Positions 1 to 12,545 of a DNA stretch of 64,000 nucleotides are shown in pieces; position 1 is the stretch's first letter; every line of letters starts with the position of its first letter. The notes under the pieces were generated by a model. That model did not search any database, was not told the origin of the DNA, and was given only the letters and a program-made list of their open reading frames with translations. The position numbers and the translations under genes are program-made. Source of the stretch: Fimbriosthenelais zetlandica (Eukaryota); the NCBI GenBank assembly GCA_977030845.1, contig OZ365111.1, forward strand, positions 43,772,001 to 43,836,000, given 5' to 3'.

Positions 1-1377
1 TATGTGTAAAGGAGGTGAAATGGTTTGGAAAGTTTTTGTACCTTGTCTTGTTTTTTCGCTTTAAAGATGCTTACTTTTTTGATGTCCTGCAACCCCTTGC
101 CAGCGTAGCAAAAAGAAATCTGATATTGGTTAACAAAGAGAGGGTAGATTTTAGATTTATCAGCATAATGAAATGAGAACTAGCTGCTTCAACCAGTTTT
201 ATATTGCTTCCTATGGAGGGACCACTCTTGATTTGCTTAATATTTGTTCATATTAATAAATTAGCTAAATTTAGTTGATGACAAATTAATTGGACCCCTG
301 AAATTTCTTAGCTTTCTTTATACATGTACCTCGATTCTATACCATGTGCTGGAGTTTTTGTTTTTAACTTTTAATATTTTGTGTACTTAATTGAGAAGCT
401 TACATTCCCTCAAGATGAAGGTATATAATTATGTTTGGGTCATATTGACTATAATGCCATTTATGGTTTAAATTACCCACCGAAAAAGCATCATGTGTGT
501 GGCAAGTCTATTGCCTGTTGTATAATTCTTATTGCCATTGTATTAAGCATTTCCATGTTCATGCTAAGAAGTTTCCGATGGAATAAAACTGTTTTTGACT
601 CAGTCACTGCCTTCCAAGTTTGTGTCAAGATACACAATCATTTTTGTGTGTTTTGTAAAAGAAATTGCGCGCATTTTTCCTACACAGGTAAGGTTATGGC
701 CTTAAAATCACAATTTTTCTCATCTGTGGATAAATTTACTTCATCTTACTTTTATTTTAAAATGCCCAGTAATTATAATGTTTTCTGTGATTATTTTGTT
801 TTAATCATTTGTTCCTTGATTCTGGTGTTTTATCTTTGTGATAATTCTTATTCATTTATATTTCAGCTGCGTGAACAATTTAATTATCTGCTGCGCACCT
901 GTATATGCATACATATTATACATATCATAATATTATAGCATTGTTTCCTACCATTTATCATTTTATTTGACCTTTGACATTTAATGTATGCAGTCATATT
1001 TGCCGGTTCGAACAACCTCGGGTATTTTTGACATGTTAACAAATAATATCCCAAATATTACATTTTTTTAAATGGGAAGTTATTATGAAATTATAAGGAA
1101 GCTCAAATGTAACAGGTGTTGAATTAATAACCATTGAATTGCCTTGTAATACTTGGAAATTGTAGTGATTATTTTTTCGGTTTTTCGTTCTTTTCCCACC
1201 AGGGTGTTCAGGTAAAAAGTGCAAGTGTGTCAATCTGGTAGTCCTTCCTATTCTTCATTCCGTCTGCGGCATTCTCAACACATTGGCAAGCATTTTGGCC
1301 AGAAACCTTTCGGTTTATATATTATCTACAGTAATATAAATAGTTAACAGAATGCTTACAAGGCATTCCTCCAATTG

Positions 1378-1660
1378 TTGGGACCAGTGTTGTGCTTGGT
1401 ATATATATTATTGTCATGACATAGCTATATACTTATATTAGAGATGCCATGTTTTTAGTCATAGATTTCTCATCATTGGTTTTGTTTCGTGTATACATTT
1501 ATATATTTATTCTCTTATACTGACCCAGATATTTCTTGGAACAACGTGCATATTTCACATTATGTTATCACGGTGTAACATTTTCAGAACTGAATGAAAC
1601 CCCCTGAAAACCATTGTTTACCACCAGTTGGTTTCATATATAAAACAACACTGGTCCCAA
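1378..1660. mobile_element. MITE-like element with perfect 15-bp inverted ends
   Basis: TTGGGACCAGTGTTG (1378-1392) and CAACACTGGTCCCAA (1646-1660) enclose AT-rich non-coding DNA; target-site duplication not resolved. Confidence 0.55.
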
Positions 1661-3842
1661 GGAATGAATTTCAATCTCTAGCCTAATATCAGTTGATAAG
1701 AGGTGAAGGCTTCTGGATGACTAGATTTTTCTCTGTAAATCATTTTTAAGAGATTTTTTGGGAACACCGGGACATTCTCTAGTTTCATTACAAACATGTC
1801 TATCTCTCTCTTTTATAATAATATACACACATAAGTCACATGCCAAAGAGGTCCCATGTTTGCGAAAGCCGGTTAAATGTATATTTGGTGACTCAGTTGA
1901 TTGAATATGTTGTCCAGTCATGTTCAGACAAAAGACAAAATTATTGCCCTATTGTTTATGTTCCTACCCCCACCATCCATTTCTATACATATTTATAATT
2001 TCATGTAATTTGCTTTCGAATCCCTGCATAATTCAAGTCTAAATTTGTTGTCCTTTTACTTGGCACAGAAACATTTCAGTCCATGTGAATGCGCGCTGCA
2101 AATCGATGAGACAAATTCATTTGGATGAACAATTTTGAAATTTGGTTGCATCGGATGAACTGATTCCACGTGGTCAAATTCTAAATTAGTGACAGCATTG
2201 ATAGCATTCCTGTCACATTACATGTCTTTCTGTGTCACTAATTGTGGATGCGAAAAAAAGCCCTGAAATCTCTGCTAAAGGAGGTACTCCACTGCGGCGA
2301 TTTTCCTTGCAACAAATGTGATACTTATGTCGGAATAAAATGTATCAATTGTGTCCTCTACTGGTACATCAAGGCCGTCCTCTACTGGTACATTTGTCAT
2401 TTCGATACGAACATCACCTTTGTCGCAGTAGTGTCGCAAGCAAAATCGCAGCAGTGGTGAACCACTTTCACAGAAGACCCCCATTGCATGTTCTGTGCTC
2501 GGCTCTGAACCTATTCGTTCCTCTTTTGCAATCCATCTGTTGTTATGCAAAGATGATGGTCTATTTTTGTGGCACAAGATTTGACATTGGAAAATGCTTT
2601 CTACATCATCCTACTTCGCACAACCATTTTCAAATTCCTTTGATAAATATACCAGTTATTCCGAACGTTATATTCCCTTTAATACATTTTATAAAGTGAC
2701 AATTTTCCCATTTAAAAACAATATACAAGACATTAATGGGATCTGCAAATTTCCCTAATTATCCCATGTTTACTATACAATCCCCTATACATTTTCCCCA
2801 AATATAATTTGTAATGCCTTTACAGGACCAACAAAAGTGTGATGGTTTTGCGAAGAGTTTTGCGGAATGAAAACCAATGTGGTTTGTGAATAAAATCCAC
2901 CCCTGCCCTGCCCTCTCTCACTCTACATTCAACTATATCTACACCTATATAATCATGCTCCATTATTGTTCATACCATCCACTTCTATGTTTACATTTTG
3001 TTTGGTGATCATTCTTTGAATTCCAATATTCAAAGGGGATACTTTACAATCTTACAATGTTCTGCGCCTCTTTATTTCTATTATACTATTTTTTTAAGAT
3101 TTTAGTACTTACCTTTAAAGGAAAAAGCCTTTACACCATACAAACTTTTGATAGTAGAAAATTACTTGATTATAAGCCAACTTTTGATGCTTGATTAAAA
3201 TAAGAGTAGATTTTTAAAAATTGATCATGCATGTCCAATGTATATTAAGCGGGATTACCTGCCCATTACATAATATGAAAAGCTCGTTTGTTTCGAGAAA
3301 AATCTTGACCCATTAGTGTGCTACCTAACCATACAATTAATTATTTTGATTTAATTTGACTTTTGTATCATGTTTTAGTTCATTTTGACCAATAGCTAAC
3401 CCATTATGTAATTATTATTTTGAAGCTAGGTTTATTCATACATATCATGCAAAGTGTCTTTAGAAAATTGTTTTCTACACAACTACTAATCCTTAACTAA
3501 ATATTTACTCTCCCTTTAATTATAATGGCTTTTGCTAATTGAAATAATGATTTAACAACTAATTTTCACTGCTCTAGTGCAAATGCCTTTATTGATATCA
3601 TCTATATCACAAGAATGGCCTGAGCAATGAAAAATTAAAAAACTTACAACCAGCGCTAACCACCAACTTCATTTAACACTTGAATACTTATTCACATCGC
3701 AAAATATATAAGAAAGCAAGGATGTATATTATATCGAAAACTTGAATACATTCTTATTTACCTCTTGTTGCCACTTTCGAAAAAGGTATTTTGAATGTAG
3801 AAATACTAACACAGCACTTTGCTCTCTTCCTCCCTTTTTCAG

Positions 3843-6800
3843 CGGAGTCCAATGGGCAATACTCAGTCAATGTTGAACTCTCGACGAGTAAAGCCAACGT
3901 GGGCGACAATCTGGAAGCCACGTGCAGCGTCTCAAGTGACGTCAGCAAAGGCAATTCTGAGGGAGAACTGGATTATATGATAGTTTGGGTAAAAAGGGTG
4001 GAGAACACCGAAGTGGAGATAGCGACTAACAGCTACATCAACTCAGGTTTCAGTAATACAGGCAGGTACAGTGCTGAGGCGGATTATGAGTATGATGACG
4101 ATGAGCAGATAGACTTCAGTAAGATCACCTTCAGGCTCATCATTACAGGTAAACAAATAGATTCTACAACTACTAACGTAAACCTGATTAATTTGTGAGT
4201 GAGTGATTTGTGAGTATAAGGATATCTGCGATTTGTGGGTGAGTGCATGACATGGCTATGAACAAATAGCCTCACTTTCTTCGTTACTACTTCTACAAAT
4301 ACTTTTGTATAGTGTATTGAACACAGATCCTACTCTAGATGTCTCATACTCTAGATGTATATAAGCACAACTTATATCCCTAAATGGAAGACTGGAGAAG
4401 GCAGCACTCTGGGCAGGAATATGTGGGCATCAACTTGACTAGTGTATTGACAGCTGGGAGGATGAAAGGGGACGTCACTGATTGACTGAGTGACAGGGGC
4501 GTAGAAAGTGATTCAGATAAGAGGATCCGACTGTCAGACATCATTTAAACCTAGTCCCACTAACTGACTAAGTTATAACCGCTGCTAAATATATTGTCTA
4601 TAATTCAACAACAGCAGACCTCCAGCATTTTTGCTTAAGTTTTCGACATTTTTTGCTCTAGTTATTGAGGTTAATTAAAGGTGCCTTAAGTTATTGAGGC
4701 AAAGTAACTTACCGTATGAAATAAATAAAGTCTGATGGTAATCTATGGGCACTGAAGGTTTATTGCTCCTCCTCATTTCTAGGTGTCCAGCCCCAGGATT
4801 CTGGTCAAATAGGATGCAGGATTCCTCAGCAGAAAATCGAAGTCTTCAGGCAATTCACTGTCTTTGGTATGTTGACCAACCTCACTGAAATATAGGTGTA
4901 AATATTGTCTTATTGACATTGGTGAAAGTTTGTACAAACATAAACAAATAGATTAATAGTAGCCTACATCACGGCTGAGGATAATCTAGGAACAGTATCA
5001 TTAATGTTCTTAGGCGAAGTTTCAATTAACCTATTAAATTGTAGTACTATTTGTAGTTCAATAAATGAGGATAGAAGATTCAATGCAAATTGTAAATAAA
5101 TTCAATGAAATGTATAACCTGTGTCGGAGGTATACAAGAAAGAAATACATTTTTAAAAATAGAAATAAAGGAAAAAAATAAAGGTGCAATTTGCATTGTA
5201 TTGAATGTACATATCCCCGTATTTGCATTGTAGTGAACGTACAATCCATCCTGCTGAATTCAATCGATGTTGACGGCACACACGCACAATCGTACAACGA
5301 CAAAAAGGAAGTGACATTCGATGAAGGACACGTACGAAAGTTCTACTGTCACGTCAATGGAAGTTTCCCCAAGCCAGACGTGACCATTACTATTGGTGGA
5401 CGTAACATCACCGACCAGTTTAAACGTGACGACAAGGTAGCAATTTAATGATTTATACAGCAAGAAACCCACTAAGATTAGATACATCTCACTACCAGTT
5501 TATAGGGCCTGCACGAACTGCAGGAGGCAGGAAAATAACGCCTTCGGATACAGCATATAGCATGGCCAGAGATTGGACAATGTATCGATTAATAATCTAT
5601 AAAAGATTTGTAGTGATTTTAAGGACGGAAACTCCACAGAATAGGAATATCTACTTGAATTTAAATGTATCGTAGCAATTCATTGTTCTAAAGAGCGGAG
5701 TCCAATGCTGCATTTAAATATCTGGAAGTGATTTTTTCAAGTCTCCTAATAAGGAAATTTGTCAGGATTGCAGTAACATGTGCACGCCCTATCGATTCGG
5801 ATCCTATTTTGTTTTGTTTATGTGGAGGAATTGATTCATTTATTGTTAAATAATTCTCTTTTTATTAAGAATACTTATGGAAGGCAAATTGATTGTGAAT
5901 TGTGAATGGAATGGCTGAAAATTAGGCTGAATTAAATAAAAGGTAGTTTGGTTGAGTATGTGAGGTCTAAATTAGTAGTGATGAAGTCAGAAGCTTTATG
6001 ATTGAAGTAGTAGGGTTTCCACAAGAAGATTGTACTTTAATTACTTTATGCTCACATTCTTCTCACTCCTCAACTTTTCATCATTATAAGTCATGGGCCC
6101 TTTATTAATACAAACGCCAGACTGCGTGACGTTATAGTGGGAAATAAATACTGTACATAGTATCTGTTAGAGGAGATTCCACGTGTGGTTTCTGCCCCTG
6201 AAATTAGAATATTTTATGAACTGTGGTATGAAGACAGATGAGTTGTTTTATGGGTGGCATATCGTGGCATACTTCACTCAATATCCCACACTCATGATGT
6301 TCTCTCAAAATACTTCACTTCATTATCCAGTCTTCCTCTCAATAAGTCACCTTGAAAACTTATAATGAAGAAAAATGCCGGGGAATACATTAGGCAAAAT
6401 ATTTTTCAATAAACAGCTAAAATTCAATCATTTCTGCCTCTCCGGACTCAACAGGAAAATGTGGTGAGACTTCTGAAAAGCGAACGTGTACAAAGATTTC
6501 ACTGCAACAAACTTTGAAAAGAAAAAAGATTCATAATGTGACTGAGGAATTTATGACGATTAGAATAGGATAAAATAGTTTTTGAGGGCTGTGAATGTTG
6601 CATGTCATTCATTCATTTTTGCAAAACTGAGAATTTATGTTGTTTTTGTGAAGCACTATTTGGATAGATGAGACTAGGAACATCAGATTTTCAGCTTGAT
6701 GTTTCTATTAGTCATGGTGTGTTTCATCTCAATTTCTAAACTATCACTATATGATAGAGTTTCATTTTGTTGGACATACAAGCATTTTGGGTTTGTCATA

Positions 6801-9800
6801 TTGGACTTGGATTTATTGACGTTTTCCCTGTAATTTTTCCTCACCAAATGAGGATACATTTCTTTGTACTCAACAGACTATATATGGTCTTAAACCTATG
6901 CTTTAACTGGCTCCAATGACTTGTACTTTGATCAATAGTGACACTGATTCCCGTTGCACACATTCTGCTGTTTTCTGTACTTACATTGAACCCACTATTG
7001 CAATTAGGTACTGCAATCTCTTCTTATTTAACTTTCTGTCCTAACATATTATTTTATCTTTCACAACACTAATAATTAATTTACAACCATTCCAATCTCC
7101 CAGCACATGAGAACACCCCAGGAGAAAAGCAAAATGATAGTTATAATGATCAGTCAGACTTCAGAAAAACAGCCCCACTCATTCTGATTGCACGTTACCT
7201 CCCTGCTGATTTCAGAATTTGGCCATGAAACAATTCGGATTGACTGTCGTTAATGCGTTTCTTAAAGTCATCCATTCATTTAGGCACTCCTATTTATTGT
7301 AATAGATTTGCATGTCATTCATTTCCCTAAAAACACCCTGGTCAAAATTATATCAAATTGTTGAAAAAATAAAATCATTGTCCAAAGAAGAAAAGTATAA
7401 AATAATAGCACAATAAATCAACAGAAATACAAAATACATGGAAATAGTATCCAAATTAGTTATGATCTGTGCATAATTTATAACTAGGTTCTTTTCAGTA
7501 TGATTCAGTATGAATGTTAAAAATTATTCATGCTGGTTAAGAAAAGCTTGTTATTTAAGGATTTCTCACATGACTGTGATTGATTGTTTTCCATTATTTT
7601 AGGTGCTGGCGAAGGGACTCATGAAGGGACTGAAGGAGATCTCCTATGCTGTAACACTGAAGAATGAGGCCTTCGTCATTGACTACAGTTTCAGTAACAA
7701 GCGACTGGAATGTCGAGCGACCGTGCCTGGCTCTGAATTTCAGCCCAAACAAACTGGAATCCTTATCAAACTGGCTGGATGTAAGTATAACAGGAATACG
7801 GGCGGATCCAGGGTTGGCCGAAGCGGCAGTGGGTTAGACTTAGTTCTGAGGGTACTGCAGCAAAATTTGATTCTGCAGTGCGTTGGGTAGACATTTTCCA
7901 TAATTTCATCGACTTAAAATGAAAGCAATAAAGCCGTGAACAGAGAAGAGGTCTTTGTGTTTCTCGCTCATGGCACATATGATTCTTTGTAGACACACCC
8001 GCCTTCATCGGTCTCTTTTTGCATCACTAGAGTGTGCATGCCTAAATCTAAATCAAGCAAATGCATAGCAAACACGTTCGATTTCTGAAGACGCATGAAA
8101 AGAAAACGCAAGCAACTGCAAGAAGGCGTTCCCAGTCTGTTAAAGTCACTACAAATATTATCCGGCATTCCTCAGTTAATGGGACTACCAATACCATTAT
8201 TTCTACTAAGATCTTTCCCTTCTTTCTGTCTATTTCAGACAAACCCAAATTCGTCTGCAACAAGACTGTGGTGGTGAACTTCCTTCAGGAGGACGTGCAC
8301 ATCACGTGCCTGGTTCACGCCGACCCTGCTCTCAACCACTTCAAGATCTTCTGGGAATCCATGCCACACGCTGTGGAAAACACCTCTTTAGAAGGCAACT
8401 CCAGTGATGGCCACTTCGAAGCCATCATTGAAAATGGGGTACGTTTTAATTATTTTAGACTAGTGTACCTCGATCAGCATGACAGGACTGGAGTCACAGC
8501 TCCTTATAGTTTGCTCATTCCCTCACTCATCCCCTTCCCTCAAGACGTTTTCAAAAGGGTCTTCACTATTAAAACCCTGCATTTCCCTCTAGTTAAATGT
8601 TTGTATTTTCTATTTCAGACTGTATCAACCGAAAAGACGATGATTCTCAAAATAGACCGAATCTTTCAGCAGCACTTCCGAAGGTACTATTTTGAAGCTG
8701 GAAACACTCTTGGACTGGAAGTCTGGCCAGTAGATCTTATACAAGGTGGGCGTCTTATTTTGACAATAACGTGTGTTTGTGTCACAGTAAGAGTTTAGTC
8801 AATTAGTTTATGTCCCCCTTATGTTTTAATTTTTAGTCATGTCCATTGAATATCTACACCTATTTTTGACCATATTAATATTTTAAAGGCATGAATCCAA
8901 TCCATATTTGTGTTTTAAACCTCTATTTTCGGTATATTTTATAGTGAATTCATCGAAAACCTGTATGGAAGTCTTTGCTAAAAATGTAATCTGTGACTTC
9001 CATATTTTAAGTTTTCACCAGTTTACTGTTAATTTTTTAAATTGTATACTTCAGTATACAAGTCATGGCTATTTCAAAGAATTGAAAATATTTTCAACTC
9101 AGAAAAACAGTATCAATTCTTAGTATTTCACATTGCGAAAGTTATGGTATGACACATAATGAAAATAGGAAACACTTTGAATAAATTATGAAAAATAGTA
9201 TCTTCATTTGATATTAAAAGGAGTGATCATTTAGACTCTTGTCAATTGTTATTAATCAAAATAAGACATTCCTTTCGAAATGAAAGTGTTCCATATTTCC
9301 ATTGTCATACGTTTTCTGCATTTTTGGGTGTCCTTTTACGCTCTTTTAGCACCAACACAAACCTGTTGTTATAGCAATCATTTAGCAATTATATTGATTT
9401 TATTACGACAATTTTTATTTTGACCCTATTCTCCTGAGTTTGGCATTGGTATTTAGTAAACACCGAGTACACACATCTCACGAAGAATTATTATGTTTTA
9501 AGCCCACTGGTTTTTATCACTGGGGCAAAATTGAATGATTTTCTGTGATTTCAGGTCCTGGCATTGAGAATAATGATGATGATAATAATGATGTCAGTGA
9601 TGAAATTGAAGAAACAGGTGGTGGAGCAGGTACTGTCAATGTCTATAAGGGGGTTCAGGAATTCATCGACGGAACCTTTATGAAAATGTTTTCACACTAA
9701 AATGTTCTAGAACTATTCTTCATATCCTAACGACTCTTTCAGGTTAAAATGTCCAAAAAAAGTTAGCCTCCAAAGAAGGAAGTTGCTGATTATGATTCTT

Positions 9801-12545
9801 CTTGAGTTGATACTGCATGATTTGAAATTTTAGACCTGATTTGATTGGTTTCAGTTGATACAAGGCATTGATTAGGTCTTTAGACTTGAGATAGCTTAAT
9901 TGATGTTAATCGTGAACGACTTAACTGATTCTAACATGAATTCCCTTTTGTTGTTTAAATAATTTGAAGAATTTCCTTTATCAAATTTTGGTTCTAAATT
10001 TGGTTCCTTATTTTGTTTAAAATACTATTAGGGGAGCTTTGTAGAGTTAGGCCATGAATGCACTGATTCGGAGATATATAGCGGAGGAGAAATTAGATTT
10101 CAAGAAGACAGTATACAGTAATTAATTAAAGTGGCCACATTCCACTACTAGGATAGTCATAGATATTCTTAGCACTGCTGGAGTCAAAGCCATAGATCAG
10201 AGATCAGTCATAGTGTCACTGTGTGGTAATCCTAGATTGTCAAGCTAATCCAGAGGGCTAGGTTTGACCATATACATGGGGCAGACATGAACGGTTTTCT
10301 ATGTTTTCAGATGCAAGCAATGACAAAGATAATAAAATTGATGATGACAGTAAAGAAGCTCTTAGTGAAACAGGTAAAGTTTTAGCATACATGGGGCTAT
10401 ATTATTTACCCCCGAAAAATAAATTCTAAGACAAATAGCCATTTTGCAAGCTACACTGAGTCGTTTATTATTAGTCCTTATGAAGCCTTCTATTCAAAAA
10501 TCCATAGTCTGCAATATTATGCAGTTGTTTTTAGAATTGCTATTTCCACCAATTTTGTATTATATTCTGTTAAAGTCTTATAATAATTTGCCCTGCTATT
10601 TTGAGCAGTAAGAATTAACTTTTTGTTAAGCATGTTCAAGTTTTATCTTTTGGGATGTAACTTCCGAAAAGGGTCCAAAGTGAATTAGGAGGAGATATTT
10701 TACTTATTTTCTTGCAAATTTAGTCTTTGTCACTATTAATTTTGTGATGTATTATTAACATGGGAAGTTTATAACCCTGGTGCTCACCTAACTAACAAAT
10801 CTAACCAAGATGGCCGTCAATGAATACCGCTATTAACCTATGTTCTATGCTTGAGATGATTTTAGCATTGCCTTTATAAATATACTCCTTTTTACTGATT
10901 TAATCCAGCGTCTCTTTGGCGCCCTTCCTGGGTCGTCTGCTTTTAGATTCCCAAATTCTAGTTTTTTTTAGGTTCATGCCAAGAAATATTATACAAAGAG
11001 ATATGTGTCAGACTCGTTTGTGTCTCTATTGTGAATGTTGGTAGGGAAAATCGGCACAGGTAGCAGTGTCTACCCATGGGGAATTAGTCAAGGCCAAGGG
11101 TTGTGGCTCTACTTCTCATTGTTGCCATGGAAATGATGGTTGGGTTTGAGGTAATAGAATCACTGACTAATGTACCAATAATGACACCATAACATGGTGG
11201 GTGATGAGAAACATTAAATCAAACTAATAATAGAGTATTTGATTTGTACCTGCCTACTAATGAACCAGTGGTTGCTTCTTGTTTTTCCTTTTACCCCCTT
11301 TATTAAGAAACTTTGTTTAATTTGAAATTCAACTCTAATGCATACACAGGAGCAGTTTCCGGTAGAGGGTTATCATAATTATTATAATTAGGAAATTGTA
11401 TTTCAAAAACTGTCAAAGAATCCTATTGCAAATCCTGGATAATTTCAAATCTTTTCAATTGAAACTGCAAACCTTTTCTACCTTAATTGTGATAATGTAT
11501 TCATCAGAGTTGGAAGCTTAGATAACGCATTTGAAATAGGTATATCATAAACTACTGACTTTGTATTGATGTGTACATAAGAAATAGATTTCAGCATAAA
11601 GGACTATTACATTTTCAGGAGAAAAAAAATAAGTTCATTCCGGAGGACTTAAGAAGCTGGCATTTTCTCTATTATTCAGTTGACCATTCTATAATTGCTG
11701 TTAATATTATTAATTTTAGTTAATTGATACTCCACCGTATACTAGGTGATTGATACCTGTTGTACACATCATACATACCTGCTTATCAGTCCCTACCCTG
11801 CGAGAATGATACTGCTGTATATATATATTTGATTCATACTCAGTGCATGTATTTAACCCCTGGATCTTCTCTATTGAAATTTTCCCATTCAGACTGATAC
11901 CTTCTAAGTGATGTTGCTTCATCGGGACGTACCAAAGCAAACAATATACCTATCCCTCATTAAACCTACCTCAATTTTGTTTATTCTGTTGTATATTCCT
12001 TTCAATCTCTGTCCTATAAGGAGTGTCTAAACTGGGTAGGTTGAGTGTAGGGCCGATCGGACCCATTCAGGGGACAATCCTATGCTCAATCTGCTCAGTG
12101 CGGACACTCTCATTACAAATTGTAGAAAGTTGAAGCAGTGGAATTAACTTTCTAAAATCATTGTCATTGATCATTCTTCCACCTGTTTCAGAAACAAATT
12201 TATATTTCACTTAACTACTAATATTATATACTGACAGTTAAATGGCGAATGGCTTCAGTCTGAATCAACCTGTACAAATTAATATGCATGTGATAACAAT
12301 TAGGCATAGCTGAACCATTTGTAGATATATATGACCTACAAAAAAGTTACATCTTTGTTATGGGTTATATAAATAATTGTCCAGTTTTTAACTCCTATGG
12401 ATAAAACCAATGATCATTAAGAATACATTTGTGTTTGGTTTCAGATAAATCGTTTTCTGTGGACGGAGGAGCGTCCCTTGCAGCGTCTTCAATGTTAAGT
12501 CTGCTACTCAGTTTTATCCTATGGAAGGCGGGTATAGAATGCTAG
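3843..12545 (+). CDS. Ig-superfamily cell-surface protein (three Ig domains, acidic stalk, GPI-signal-like C-terminus); 5'-incomplete
   Basis: Frame-consistent AG/GT exons: 3843-4148, 4783-4866, 5234-5436, 7603-7780, 8239-8438, 8619-8745, 9555-9629, 10311-10373, 12445-12545. Ig motifs: EATCSV..IVWVK..DSGQIGC; KFYCHVNGSFPKP..LECRA; ITCLVHADP..IFW..YYFEAGNTLG. Ends DGGASLAASSMLSLLLSFILWKAGIEC*. No signal-peptide exon found in the window. Confidence 0.8.

Noticed and set aside
435-938. 167-aa ORF
   Set aside because: TTG start, AT-rich F/C/I-biased composition, no recognisable domain; typical of a chance ORF in intronic DNA.
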